NCBI GenBank assembly: GCA_963707915.1
Contig: OY970178.1
Location: forward strand, 1,184,001 to 1,248,000
Direction of reading: 5' to 3'
Length of the DNA stretch: 64,000 bases
From: Candidatus Eiseniibacteriota bacterium
GTDB taxonomy: Bacteria > Eisenbacteria > RBG-16-71-46
Below the pieces are notes generated by a model. The model was not told the DNA's origin, did not search any database, and was given only the letters and a program-made list of their open reading frames with translations. How positions within the stretch are numbered: position 1 is the first letter of the stretch; each line of letters begins with the position of its first letter. The position numbers and the translations under genes were made by a program. Positions 37,486-49,159 of this stretch are shown here, one piece after another.

Positions 37486-39069
37486 TCAGCGATTCCCGCC
37501 CCGGGAACGCGGCGGAGCGCCGAGCGAATCGGCCGCCGCCCAGTCCACGCGGTAGAAGGAGTAGAACGGAGCGGGTCGGCCCGGTGCAGGACCCAGGACG
37601 CCGGCGACGCCGAGCAGCTCGAGCGCGGGCGCATAGCGGCTGCGCAGCCGCAGGTCGTCGGGTCGCGGCCCGCGGTCCACGAGGTACTCGGGGCGCGCGA
37701 ACGCGGCGAAGCGCAGGTTCGCGATCGCGTCGGCCGGCACCTCGCGCTCGAGGTGCGGCACCATCTGCGGCGTCACCAGGCCCGAGAGGTCCACGACGCG
37801 GCGCTGGCCGAAGTACCCGAGCGCGCCGATCTCGGGGGTGGCGATCGAGGTGCCCGCCGGCGTGTTCGCGCGCAGCCAGCGCCCCCAGGGCACCAGGCTC
37901 CCGCGCAGCCCCGTGCTGGAAGCGCGCGCCTGGGGCAGCACCACGCCCCGGTAAACCGCGAGGTTCTGCACCAGCACCAGGGCGGCGACCGCGGTGCCGA
38001 GCATCACGGTGCGCGCCCGGCGCGGATGCTCGGCCGGTCCCAGGCTCCAGCACTCCCCCGCGCGCCACGCCAGCCAGCTCAGCACCGGCAGCAGCGGGAG
38101 CAGGTCCCGCGACCGCACCGGGACGCCGCGCGCGACGTAGAGCGCCGGCACCACCGCCAGCCACACCCACGGCAGCATGCGCTGCGCCCGCTGCGTGAGC
38201 GAGCGCCGGGTCCACACGAGCGAGCCGCCCGCCAGCAGGGCCAGGACGAGCAGCGCGGCCATCAGCCCGTCGGTGGCCCCGACGATCCTCACCTGGCGCC
38301 ACAGGTTCTCCAGCTGCACGACGAGCCCCCCGGTTCCGGTCGCCTTCGCCTGGAGGGTCTGCGGCAGCGCGGTGCCGAAATACACGCGCGTGAACAGCAA
38401 CCATCCACCGTAGATCACGAGCGGCGGCAGCGAGCCGAAGACGAGGCGGCGAAGTCCGGGCCGGCTGTCGGTGTCCACGATCAGGAACACCCCCCACAGG
38501 CCGAGCAGCAGCGCGGCCTCGGGCCGCGTGAGCGCCGCCAGGGCCCACAGCGCCCCGGTGCGCACCGGGCGCGCCCCCCACTGCTGGCCCTCGGTGAAGG
38601 CCACGAACCCGGCCAGCACGAGGGCCACCGCGAGCGGGGTCTCGAGCCCGGCGAGGGACCAGCGCAGCATCCACGCGTGACCGGCCCAGGCCACCGTGGC
38701 CGCCGCGCAGAGCGCCGGAGTCCGCAGGTTGCGCCGCATGAGCTGCAGGAAGAGCCCCACCGACCCGAGGGTGGCGAGGAAGCCCAGCACCCGCGCCGCG
38801 CGCAGGCCGTCGAAGCCGAGCGCCATCGCGTCGGCGATGAGCGCCGTCCACAGGGGACTGGTGCAACCGTAGACGCGATCGCCCAGGTTGAAGCTGAGGC
38901 CGTGCCCTTGGGCGAGGTTCCGCGCGTACTGCAGGTGGACGAACGTGTCGTCGGTGACGTACTGGCGGAGCGGCCACATCAGGACCGTCGCCAGCAGCAG
39001 CCCGACGGCGAGCCCCGCGCGCTCGACCAGCGTCATGGGGCGCAACGGGCCGTGCAGCGTGAACGTCAT
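37486..39069 (-). CDS. GT-C-type multi-TM glycosyltransferase
   Basis: TDDTFVHLQYARNLAQGHGLSFN..TSPLW, GLETPL, LTRPEA, EIGALGY..VDLSGLVTP. Confidence 0.82.
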   Translation of the reverse strand: MTFTLHGPLRPMTLVERAGLAVGLLLATVLMWPLRQYVTDDTFVHLQYARNLAQGHGLSFNLGDRVYGCTSPLWTALIADAMALGFDGLRAARVLGFLATLGSVGLFLQLMRRNLRTPALCAAATVAWAGHAWMLRWSLAGLETPLAVALVLAGFVAFTEGQQWGARPVRTGALWALAALTRPEAALLLGLWGVFLIVDTDSRPGLRRLVFGSLPPLVIYGGWLLFTRVYFGTALPQTLQAKATGTGGLVVQLENLWRQVRIVGATDGLMAALLVLALLAGGSLVWTRRSLTQRAQRMLPWVWLAVVPALYVARGVPVRSRDLLPLLPVLSWLAWRAGECWSLGPAEHPRRARTVMLGTAVAALVLVQNLAVYRGVVLPQARASSTGLRGSLVPWGRWLRANTPAGTSIATPEIGALGYFGQRRVVDLSGLVTPQMVPHLEREVPADAIANLRFAAFARPEYLVDRGPRPDDLRLRSRYAPALELLGVAGVLGPAPGRPAPFYSFYRVDWAAADSLGAPPRSRGGNR

Positions 39070-40421
39070 GGCTTCCCCCCCCTCCCGTCCGCGAGTCCGT
39101 CGAGCAGCGTGGCGAGCCGTGCGGAGAGACTCGAGCGCGTGTGCTCCCCGAGCCACTCCGGCCGTCCCGGCAGCGCCGGGGCCGCGGCGCCGGCGCCTTC
39201 CTTCCACGCAAGATAGCGGCGCTCGATCTCCGTGGCGAGCCGCTCGCGATCGCCCGGCGGCAGGCAGGTCCCGCCGGCGCGACGCACGAGGCGGGCGGCC
39301 TCGTCGTCCTCGTCGAGCAGCGCCACGATCGGACGTCCCGCGTCGAGGTATTCGTAGGTCTTGCCCGGCACCATCGTCCGGTAGCCGCGCGGCTTCCACA
39401 GCAGCAGCAGGTCCGCGGCCCGTTGCAGGGCGCGCGCCTCACCGTGCGCGAGCGGCCCCGTGAACTCGACGATGCCCTTGAGCCCGAGCGCCACGGCGCG
39501 GTCCTCGTAGTCCGTGTCGAAGGGCCCCGCCAGCCGCACGCGGATGCGGCGGCGCGCCTCGGGCCGCTGCGCCAGCAACTGGTGCAGCGCTTCGAAGAGC
39601 ACCTCGACGTCGGGCATGAGCGAGAGCGTCCCGCTGAAGACCAGGGTGAAGTGCAGGGGATCCCCCGGCGCGGGCGGGAGCGGCGCGGTGGCGTCCGGCT
39701 CGTAGCCGTTGGGCAGGTGCACGACGCGGCGCGGCCGGCCCCCGGCATCGCGCTCGAGGTCGTCCACGTGGGTGCGCGAGGCGGCCAGCACGAGGTCCGC
39801 CCCGGCCAGCACGCGGCGCTCGAGGTCGCGCTGGCGGGCCGCGTGCCACGCGGTGGGAGGCCGCCGGAAGTGCAGACCGATCCAGGGATCGCGGAAATCC
39901 GCCACCCAGGGCAGACCGAGGCGCCGCGCGAGCGGCAGCGCGGCCAGGTGCACGCTGTCGGGGGGCGAGGTCGAGAGCACCACCGAGACGTCGCCGCGCG
40001 CCAACCGCGCGGCCGCCACGCCCCGGGCGCGGCGGGCCCAGCCCGCGTAGGAGTCCGGCAGCAGCAACCAGTCCGAGAGCGTGCGCAGGCCGCCGAAGAC
40101 GGCCCCGGAGCGCCGGCCCGCGTCGCCGCGCGCGGCGCCCGGGGCCGCGTCCGCGGACCCGGCCCGGCGGTCGCGCCCCCGCCGCAGCCGAAGCCAGGCG
40201 GAGAGCGCGCTGCCCCCGGGAACGCGGATCACCTCGGTCGCGGGCGGGATGCGGTCCACCAGCGACTCGTCCCTCACCCAGTAGTCCTCCGGGCCCGCAC
40301 ACACCACCGTGCAGTCCCAGCCGTGTTCGGGCAGCCAGCGGGTGAATCCCAGCACCCGGTGCACCCCACCCCCGCCGAGCGGCGGGTAGAAGTAGCACAG
40401 CAGGAGCAGGCGGCGGTTCAC
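39066..40421 (-). CDS. GT4 glycosyltransferase
   Basis: YFYPPLGGGGVHR, TSPPDSVH, WVADFRDPW, NGYE, PGKTYEYL. Confidence 0.9.
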   Translation of the reverse strand: MNRRLLLLCYFYPPLGGGGVHRVLGFTRWLPEHGWDCTVVCAGPEDYWVRDESLVDRIPPATEVIRVPGGSALSAWLRLRRGRDRRAGSADAAPGAARGDAGRRSGAVFGGLRTLSDWLLLPDSYAGWARRARGVAAARLARGDVSVVLSTSPPDSVHLAALPLARRLGLPWVADFRDPWIGLHFRRPPTAWHAARQRDLERRVLAGADLVLAASRTHVDDLERDAGGRPRRVVHLPNGYEPDATAPLPPAPGDPLHFTLVFSGTLSLMPDVEVLFEALHQLLAQRPEARRRIRVRLAGPFDTDYEDRAVALGLKGIVEFTGPLAHGEARALQRAADLLLLWKPRGYRTMVPGKTYEYLDAGRPIVALLDEDDEAARLVRRAGGTCLPPGDRERLATEIERRYLAWKEGAGAAAPALPGRPEWLGEHTRSSLSARLATLLDGLADGRGGKP

Positions 40422-41485
40422 GCGGGGCCCCCGCTCCGCGCGCCGGCGAGCTTCGCGAACAGCGCCTCGATGCGGCCGAGGTTGGCCTCACGGTCCGCCC
40501 GCTCCTCGACCACGCGCCGGTTGCGCGCCCGCGCCGCCGCCCGCCACTCCGCGTCGCCGAGCACGCGCTCGAGCGCGCCGGTGAGCGCGGTGGCGTCACC
40601 GCATGGGAAGAGTCGCGCGCCGTCGCCTTCCCCCAGCCACTCCCGGTTCCCCTCGATGTCGCTCACCACCGGCACCGCGCCCGCGGCCATGGCCTCGAGC
40701 AGCGAGACCGAGGTCGAATCCGACAGGGAGGCCGACAGGTAGACCTCGGCCCGCATCAGCAGCGCGGCCAGATCGCCGGGCGCGAGGCGCCCGACGAAGC
40801 GCCATCGGCCGGCCGGCAGCAGCGCCGCGGCCTGGCGCTCGAGCCCGCCCCGCAGGCTCCCGTCGCCGGCCACGACCAGGTGCGCGCCCGGATCGCGCTC
40901 CAGCACCGGCTTCACCGCGTGCAGGACGGTCGCGAGGTCGTAGACCGGCTCGTGCATGCGCGTGCTCACGATCAGGCCCGGGACGCGTTCCGCGGGCATC
41001 CGGAACAGGGCGAGGTCCACGCCCCAGGGGATCATGTGCACCTTCGCGCGGGCGGCCCCCAGCGCGCGCGCCGCGTCGGCGAGGTTCTCGGCGTCGGCCA
41101 GCACCAGGTCGGCGCGCCGCAGCACGAAGCGGGCCCGCGCACGCTGCAGCGGACCGCGCCGGCCCAGAACGAGCAGGTCCGATCCCCACGCGCTCACCGC
41201 GAGCGGACGGTCCCCCAGGAGCGCGCCGAGCAACCCGTAGTTGGGCACGTAGTGCGCGTCCACGAGGTCCGGGTCGAAGCGCTCGAGCGCGCGCCGCAGC
41301 GCGGGCAACGCGAGCGGGTAGCGCAGGAAGCCGGGCAGCGGCAGGCGCGGCAGCGGCTCGGCCTCGAGCCCGGGGAGCGGCGGCTCGAGCGACCAGACCC
41401 GCACGTCGTGCCCGCGCGCCCGGAACCAGCGGGCCCAGCGTCGCGTGTGCTCGGCGTCCGCGTTGGAGAGCGTCGCGATCCTCAC
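40418..41485 (-). CDS. GT4 glycosyltransferase
   Basis: HTRRW, SAWGSDL, PWGVD, SDSTSVSLLEAMAAG, SDIEGNREW. Confidence 0.9.
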   Translation of the reverse strand: MRIATLSNADAEHTRRWARWFRARGHDVRVWSLEPPLPGLEAEPLPRLPLPGFLRYPLALPALRRALERFDPDLVDAHYVPNYGLLGALLGDRPLAVSAWGSDLLVLGRRGPLQRARARFVLRRADLVLADAENLADAARALGAARAKVHMIPWGVDLALFRMPAERVPGLIVSTRMHEPVYDLATVLHAVKPVLERDPGAHLVVAGDGSLRGGLERQAAALLPAGRWRFVGRLAPGDLAALLMRAEVYLSASLSDSTSVSLLEAMAAGAVPVVSDIEGNREWLGEGDGARLFPCGDATALTGALERVLGDAEWRAAARARNRRVVEERADREANLGRIEALFAKLAGARSGGPA

Positions 41486-42513
41486 GCGGCCTCCCCGCGC
41501 GCCCGGCCCGCGCGCACGCGCCGCTGCACCGCGGCCAGGGCGCGCCCGGGCGCGGACGCACCGGCCGCGTCGAGCCAGCGCACCGGGTAGCGCTCCACCC
41601 GTGCCCCGAGCGAGCCCTTGAACGCCGACACCGCGTCCAGGCCGCCGCTCGCCCCGAGGTTGACGCGCGCGCGTCCCGCCCCGTGCGCCCACTCGATCAC
41701 CGACCAGAGCAGGCACGGGAATGCGTGCAGGCGGCGGGCGGCGGGATCGGCCCCGCTCCACCAGGGCATCGCCTCGCGCGGATGGTCCAGCACCAGGGTC
41801 GCGCACACCAGCGCTCCGTGGCGCCGCGCGGTGAACAACCTCGCGGCGGGACCGAGGCCGTCCCCACCGTCCGCGAGCAGCCGGCGCGACAGCTCGAGCG
41901 GGAGCGGCCGGTGGGTCCCCCACACCCGCGATTGACCGAGGTGCAGCGCGTAGGCTTCCTCGAGCGCGTCCGGGTCCTGGGAGCACGTGAGCCGCTCGCC
42001 CGCCTGCCGGATCTCCTGTCGCGCCTTGCGGTCCACGCGCGCCCATGCGGCCTCGAGCCCGTCCGCGAAGGTCACGAGCCCGGCCTCGAACCAGCGCGTC
42101 TCCCCCGTGACCGGCTCGACCGCGCCCGGCTCGACGGCCGGCCCCCCGGGCCGGTAGAGCGACCACTCGCCGCCCATCGCCCGCGCGTCGCGCTGGAGCG
42201 ATCCCAGCCCCCGGCCGCACGCCGCGTCCACCGCCGCGTGCGCGCCGGCGTGGGCAAGCGGGGTTCCGGGCAGGAGGAAGGGCAACGCGTGCAGGGCGTG
42301 GAATCCGGCGCGCCGTTCGACCAGCACGGGCATGCCGCCGTCGAGTTCGCCGCCGGTCTCGACCGCGATGCAGCGCACGCTCATGCCCGGGAGCACCGCG
42401 GCCAGGGCCGTCCAGAGCGCGGGGCGGTGCGCGGGCGTGGCGGCGGGAGCGGCGGCGAGCAGGGCGCTCCACCCCGCCGGCGGTCCGTCGAGAAAGCGGA
42501 GGTTGGCCCCCAC
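41482..42513 (-). CDS. GNAT-fold protein (FemAB/CelD-like)
   Basis: ATPAHRP.W, ARQEIRQA, LLWSVIEWA, VNLGAS, FKGSLGA. Confidence 0.8.
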   Translation of the reverse strand: MGANLRFLDGPPAGWSALLAAAPAATPAHRPALWTALAAVLPGMSVRCIAVETGGELDGGMPVLVERRAGFHALHALPFLLPGTPLAHAGAHAAVDAACGRGLGSLQRDARAMGGEWSLYRPGGPAVEPGAVEPVTGETRWFEAGLVTFADGLEAAWARVDRKARQEIRQAGERLTCSQDPDALEEAYALHLGQSRVWGTHRPLPLELSRRLLADGGDGLGPAARLFTARRHGALVCATLVLDHPREAMPWWSGADPAARRLHAFPCLLWSVIEWAHGAGRARVNLGASGGLDAVSAFKGSLGARVERYPVRWLDAAGASAPGRALAAVQRRVRAGRARGEAA

Positions 42514-42517
42514 GTTC

Positions 42518-44745
42518 CTAGCGCAGCAGCGCCACGCGCAAGGTCCGCGCGCGGCCGCCCACCTCGACATGGACGAAGTAGACGCCCGGGCGTACGAGGT
42601 TGCCCGACGAGTCACCGCCATCCCAGAACAACCCGCGGTCCCTCACGGTGCCGACGTGCAGCCTCCGGCCACCCGCGTCGTAGACGGCGACCCGGTAGAC
42701 GGCGTCCCGGTAGGCGGGATCGACGCCCTCGAGGCGCAGCGCGAGGCCCGCGCCGGACAGCATCGCCGGGTTGGGGAAGATCCGGACCTGGAGCGGGGGC
42801 AGCTCGGGGGGAGGCGGCGCCACGTACCCCGGGTCGAAGCGGCTGAGCCCCGTCGCCGTGCCGACCCAGACCACGCCGGACGCCGGGTCGACGCGGATCG
42901 CGCGCACCACGTCCCCGGCCAGCGGAGAGTTGCTCACGTTGTACTCGACGACGCTGCCGCCCCGGCCGTAGGCGTGCAGGCCCGCGTCCGTCCCCACCCA
43001 GACCGTGCCGTCGGGACCCACGTCCAGCGGATGACAGGCTCCGAGCGGCGCCGGGCTCCCGACGATCGGCAGCGCCGCGCCGATCTGCCGCAGCGTCAGG
43101 GCGCTGAACGACCGCAGGTCGGCGGTGGACATCACCCAGACCGTGTCCCCGCGCGCCGGCGATCCCGAAGATGTCGAGGTTGGCGATCGCGGCCATGTCA
43201 CCGCCCGCCGGCTGGACGACCAACGCCCCTCCGGGCTCGGCCGGCAGGTCGAAGACCCTCACCCCCGTCGCCCGGTACCCGGCCCACAGGTTCCCGCGGG
43301 CCTGGTCCACGAGCAGGGCCCGCACCAGGCCGGACGTGTTGCTCGTCTGGTAGTTGGCGCGGTACTCGCCGGCCGCGTCGTAGTACTCGATCCCGATCGG
43401 CGGGTCCTCGTTGTCCGAGTCCATGCCGAACCACCGGCCACCGCTCGCGTCGCTGGCCGCCGCACCAGCGCGAGCGTGTGCTGGTGCCGGCTGCTCACCG
43501 AATCGGCCGGGGGCTGGTGATGGCTGAACGTCGGCGGGGACACGTCGTCGTTGAACGACTCGATGGCCGAGCCGTAGTTGCCGACCCACTTCCATCCCTG
43601 CTGGTCCACCAGCAGGGCGAACGCGTACGCCGAGCTGAGGAACGTGGAGTCGCAGCCGCTGCCGCAGTCGGTGACGGGCCAGTTCCTCCAGCGCGCGCCG
43701 TCGAAGCGCCCCACCCCCTCCTGGAAGGTCGTGATGTAGACCCGCGTGCCCTGCAGCGCGATGTTCTGGACGTTGTTACCGACCGGCGCATCGGGCACGT
43801 GGAGCGTCCAGGCCCCACCCGACCACTCGGAGAGTCCCGCGCGATTCGCGGCCCACACGCGCCCGGCCGCGTCCTTGGTCGTGACGACGCCGGCGCTCGA
43901 GCCCGGGATCAGGACCCAGGCGCCGCCCTGCCAGCGGAACACGCCCCAGTCGCTGCTCGCGAGGATCGCGCCGCGGTCGTCGGACAGGGCCGTCACGGGC
44001 CCGATGCCGCCGCGCGAGGTCCAGCTCCCGTCCGTCTCGTCGAAGACCTGCGCCACCCCTCCCGCCGCGGTCATCAACGTGCTGCCGTCCCAGGCCAGCC
44101 CGAGCATCGCCGTGTTCGTGAATGCGGTGTCGGCCAGGTTCCACGCCGAGAGCCCGGTGGACGCCCGGCTCACGTACAGCCCCTTCGCGGTCGCGACCCA
44201 GAGCGAGTCGCCGCGCAACACCACGCCGCTGACCGCGTCGCTCGCGAACGGCGAGGGGTTCACCCCTTCGGGGACGGTGCCGACGATCTCGCTGGCCGTC
44301 CCACAGCGCCACGCCGTGCGCGGTGCCGATCGAAGATCGTGTCGCCGACCGCGCGCAGCACCTGGACCGCGCCGCGAGGCAGGCCGTCGAGCTCGTTGAC
44401 CAGGTCCCAACGCTCGCCGTCCGCGCTCAGCCGGCTCACGCCGTGGTCGCTGGAGCCCACCCAGAGCCGGCCCGACCGGTCGAACTCGAGCGCGGTGATG
44501 GCCTGGCTCGCGAGCCCGCCCGGCTCGCGCGGGACGGCCTCGAACCGGTCCGTCGCACGCAGGTAGCGCAGCAGGCCGCCGTCGAGCGACGCGCACCAGA
44601 GGGTGTCGTTGCGCGCCGCGAGATCGGTGTAGGTACCGGCCCGCAGGTACGTCGTCCACGCGCCCGCGGCGGCGATCGCCGGGAACGGGACGGTCGCCAG
44701 CAGGAGTGCGATGCCGAACCGGACGCTCCTCGATGCGGTGGGCAT
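42518..44745 (-). CDS. PorZ-like beta-propeller protein with C-terminal FlgD-Ig/T9SS-like domain; about four frameshifts (near 44331, 44293, 43470, 43157)
   Basis: Signal peptide then WTTY; repeats D.SG.LWVG, SLWVAT.KGL, TVWVGT.AGL, NSPL..DVV.AI..DP.SG.VWVGT..GLS; C-terminus FPNP..YDAGG..WDG.D..G..V.PGVYFV. Confidence 0.72.
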
Positions 44746-44750
44746 GAGCC

Positions 44751-45471
44751 TCACTCGACGCTGGCCGAACAGGGACATGAGGCGCAGGCGCCAGACCAGG
44801 CCCACGGCTTCCCAGATGATGCTCCGGTTCATCTTGGACACCCCGGCGCGGCGGTCCGTGAAGACGATCGGGATCTCGCGGATGCGGAACCCCTTCTTCC
44901 AGCACTTGAAGCTCATCTCGATCTGGAAAGCGTAGCCGTCGGAGGCCACCCTGTCGAGCCGGACCGCCTCGAGCGCCCGGCGGCGGAAGCACTTGAACCC
45001 GCCGGTCGCGTCGTGCACCGGCAGGCCGGTGACGATGCGCGTGTAGAGGTTCGCCGAGTACGAGAGGATGAGCCGGCGCAGCGGCCAGTTCACCACCGTG
45101 ACCTTGCCGTCGAGGTAGCGCGAGCCGAGGACCAGGTCCGCGTCCCGGGCGGCCTCGAGGAAGCGCGGGATGACGGCCGGGTCGTGCGAGAAGTCGGCGT
45201 CCATCTCGAAGATGAACTCGGCCCCGTGCTCGAGCGCGTAGCGGAAGCCGTCGCGGTAGGCCGAGCCGAGCCCGAGCTTGCCCGGGCGCTCGAGCAGGTG
45301 GATGCGCGGCTCGCGCTCCATCCACGCCCGGACCACCTCGGCCGTGCCGTCGGGCGAGCCGTCGTCCACCACCAGCACGTCCAGCCCGCAGGGCAGGTCG
45401 AGCAGGCGCCCGATCATCTCGCCGATGTTCTCGCGCTCGTTGTAGGTCGGGATGATGACCAGCTTCTCCAC
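44751..45471 (-). CDS. Polyprenol-monophosphomannose synthase (DPM1/Ppm1-like GT2)
   Basis: IIPTYNERENI, VDDGSPDGT, GKLGLGSAY, EMDADFSHDP, DATGGFKCFRR, GYAFQIEM; the likely stop TGA at 44751 is out of frame by one base. Confidence 0.9.
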
Positions 45472-45472
45472 C

Positions 45473-47973
45473 TTACGCGACCTCCTCGCCGGCCACGGGT
45501 CGCGTCTCACGGCCGGCGGCCCCCGGTCCGCGACTCTTCCACCACGACCACGCGAGCCCGCCCAGCACCACGCACCAGGCTCAGGATCGACAGCATGAGC
45601 CCGCGCATCACCGGCGGGCGACTCGTAGCGGAACTCGACGCGGTGCCGTCCCGGCCGGGACGGCCACCGCGCGCAGCAGGTAGTCGGCCTTGAGGATCGG
45701 CGTGCGCTTGCCGTCCACCCGCGCGGTCCAGTCCGGGTACCAGAGATCGGCGAGCCGCAGCAGCACCGGACCGGGGGTCTCCACCTCCACCGTCACGTCG
45801 TTCAACCGGTACGAGGTGATCCGCGCCTGTCCGCCCGCGACCGGCCGCAGCGCGACCCCGGGGTCCTGCTCCAGGTAGGAGAAGTGCGCCATGTCGCGCG
45901 TGCCGAAGCGGAGCGAGTCGAGGATGGCCTTCGCCGGCTGGATCACCCGGTACTGGTCCACCAGCGTCGCGCGGGGCAGGGCCGAGGTGTTGTCGTAGAC
46001 GAACATGCCGTCGCCCTGGTAGACGAGGTCGGACGAACGCCGGGCGCGCTCGGGATCTCCTGTTCCGATCACCAGGTAGCGCACGTTGAGCAGCCGCATG
46101 AAGTCCAGGTTCATCTGGGCCTTCATGTCGGCGAAATCCTGGAAGAGCCGCGGCTTGGCCGCGTGCATGCCGCCGATCGATGCGATGCCGTAGCCGGCAT
46201 AGCGGGTCGCCATCGGATCCTCCGGCGTGACGATGCGGAAGGTGCCCGGCGGCCCGACCTTCTCGAGGAAGTCGATCACCCCGTCGCGCCCGCCGAACGA
46301 GGTGCGGTGGCTCACGTCGCCGATCGTCGGCTCCATGACGCGCGTGCTCACCGGCCACAACTCGAGGAGCAGCAGCACCAGCACGCCGGCGGTGGCGACC
46401 AGCGCCGGCAGCCGGCCCAGCCGCGCGAACCACGCGAGGCCGAGGGCGAGCAACCCCAGCAGGCAGGCGTGCCCCAGGCCCGAGACGAAGCCCTGCCAGG
46501 CGAGTCCGGCGTCCTGGGCCGAGAAGCCCGAGGGACCCTGGGAGCCGCCCATCACCATGCCGCCCTTGTGGGCCAGTCGCCATCTTGACGTAGGCCTCGC
46601 GCCACAGGCCCTGCCCCATCACGCCCACCACCAGCGCGAGCGCCAGCACGCCGGCGAGGACGACCAGCAGTCTCCCGACGCGGCGCGCGCGCACGCGCGG
46701 TTCGGCCGCCTGGGGGTCGCCCCCCGGCAGGATCGCGCTCCAGCCCCAGGCCGTGCCGAGCGTGACCGCCAGCTGGAAGAGGATGATGACCATCACCGGC
46801 ACGCGGAACTTGTTGAACAGCGGCAGGTGGTCGTAGAGGAAGCCGTAGGCTGGGAAGTAGCGCCCGAAGGCGACGACGAGCGAGAGCCCGGCCAGCACCA
46901 GCGCGAAGGCGCGGGGCGCTCCGCCGGCCAGGAACGCCGGGATGGCGAGCAGCACCGCCACGACGCCCAGGTAGGCGTTCGGGTAGTCGGTGAAGGGCAT
47001 CCCGCCCCAGTAGGTCGCGCCGCCGAAGCCCACCCACCCCGGCACCAGCACCGAGGGCAGCTCGTAGGGCGCCATGGACCAGGCCGTCGCGTAGTCCATG
47101 CCGACGCCACCGCCCGTTCCGCCCCCGCGGATCGAGTAGCGCGCGTAGTCCTGCAACGGCAGGTTGTAGAAGCCCGCGATACCGAAGGCGAGCCCCGCTG
47201 CGAGGGCGACGCTGGCGGCGCGCAGCGTGATCGGGAGCCAGCTCGCCACGGCGCTTCAGCAGCATCGCCACCCATTCGACCACCAGGTAGAGCGCGATGG
47301 CGATCCAGGTGTAGAAGCAGATCTGCACGTGGGCGCGCAGCAACTGGAAGCCGCCGGCCAGCGCCAGCCAGGCCAGGTGGTGCAACCCGCCGCGTCTCAT
47401 CCAGCGCGCGGCCAGCCACAGCATCAGCGGCAGGTAGGCCGAGTCCACCAGCTGGCTGCCGTGGCCGTGCGATCCCACGGCCACCAGGTTGGGGGCGAAG
47501 ACGAAGGCCACCGCCGCCAGCAACGCGCCCTCGGCGCGGGCCCCCAGCTCGCGGGCCAGGTAGAACATGAACAGGCCGCCGAGGAAGTAGTAGAGGAGCA
47601 TCCAGGTCATGTCCGGCAGCGGCACCACCTTGTTGACGATCGTCAGCGGCCAGTCGGGCGGGTAGATCAGCGGGTTGTAGGCGCCGCTGGCGAACGAGGG
47701 CATCCCCAGGAACACGTACGGGTTCCACAACGGGTAGACGTGGTCCTGGTAGAGCGACTGCTCGCCGATGCGCACGAAGCCGACCGGGTTCATGGCGTCG
47801 GGCGAGACGAACGTCTTCCCGTCGAGCACCAACTGGTGGAAGAACAGGATCGTCAGCAGGCCGAGCACGAGTGCCGCCCACCGGGCGGTCAGGGTGAACG
47901 GGCGCCCGGCCTTCGGGGGCGCGGGGCGCGCAGGCTTCAGGACATCACGGCGGGCGGACTTGCGGTCGGACAT
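45473..47973 (-). CDS. YfhO-family GT-C membrane protein; about five frameshifts
   Basis: PLWNPYVFLGMP, HVQICFY, YWGGMPFT, FNKFRVP, C-terminal WYPDWTARVDG..ADYLLRAVAVPAG.H.VEFRY. Confidence 0.85.
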
Positions 47974-48007
47974 GCGTTCCCCGTGGATGGTGGTGGACGG
48001 ATACGCT

Positions 48008-49159
48008 TCAGGGCAGCGGGGCCCGGCCCCCGGCCGGGCGTTCCACTCGCCTTTCGATCTCCTCGACCATGCGCGCGGCCAGGCGGTCCCAGTCGAACGG
48101 GAGGGCGAGCCGGCGGCTCGCCTCGGGGTCCGGTCGCGCGTCCAGCGCGCTCGCGACCGCCGCCTCCCACTCCGGGACCGTGGCGGCGAACTGCAGCAGC
48201 GGCGGCGCGGGCTCGAGGTCGAGCACCGGCGTGGTGACGACCGGCAGGCCCGCCGCCAGGTACTGGTAGACCTTGTTGGGGTTGATGCCGTGCACGTGCG
48301 GCAGCGCGGCCCGGAAGGGGATCACGCCCAGGTCGAGGCCCTGCAGCCACGCCGGGACGTCCTCGTAGGGCCGGGGGCCCAGCACGGCCACGCCCTCGCG
48401 CGCGGCGAGGGCGCGCACCTGCGGCGCCGGTCGCCGGATCGCCGGGGCCGACCAGCACCAGCGTGCCCCCGCGGCGCGCGCGGCGCAGCGCCTCGAGCAG
48501 CTCGAAGTCGAGGAAGTGCGAGAGCAGCCCCAGGTAGCCGATGCGCGGGCGTGGCAGCGCGGCCAGCTCGGGCGGCACCTCGCGGGGGGCGGCGAAGCGG
48601 GCGTGCTCGACGCCGTTCCCCAGCAGGACCAGGGGGCGGTCGGTCTGGCGGCTCAGCTCGCGCCGGTAGTACTCGGAGACCACGAAGAGGGCGTCCACTT
48701 GGGCCAGGGTGCGCTGCCAGTAGCCGCGGGCCCAGGCCGGGGCCGCGGCGAACTGAAACGGTGAATCGTTGAAGTCGTAGAATAGCAAGTTCCGCGGGAG
48801 CCGTGAAAGGACGCGGGCGCAGTAGATGTTCGAGGTCATCACCACCGGCCGGGGCTCGACCCCGAGCCGCCGCAGCATGCGGCCCAGGTAGCGACCGGCC
48901 GCGAGCTCGATCAAGCGCCCGCCCCGGGCGCCAGGGACGCCACCCCGTTGTAGAGCGGGCTCGTGGTGCCGGGCTTGAGGAACGGGACGGTGAAGTAGGT
49001 GACGTTGCCCTCCCGCCGCGGCTCCCAGGGGTCGTCGCCGCGCGCCGCCGGCGGCTGCGCGAAGAACACCCGCCAGCGTTCCGGGAAGCGCGACAGCAGG
49101 AACTGCTTCCGGGTGCGGAAGTAGCCCCAGCGCACCTCGGAGAGGACGAGCAGGTCCAT
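48008..49159 (-). CDS. GT-B glycosyltransferase (TuaH-like); frameshifts near 48920 and 48428
   Basis: W...RTRKQFL, YDFND, NGVE, PRIGYLG, GVIPF, NPNKVYQYLAAGLPVV. Confidence 0.8.

Noticed and set aside
44260..45510. Apparent fusion of the Ppm synthase with the PorZ-like N-terminus
   Set aside because: One extra base near 44762 hides a TGA at 44751, and the second part has its own ATG and signal peptide
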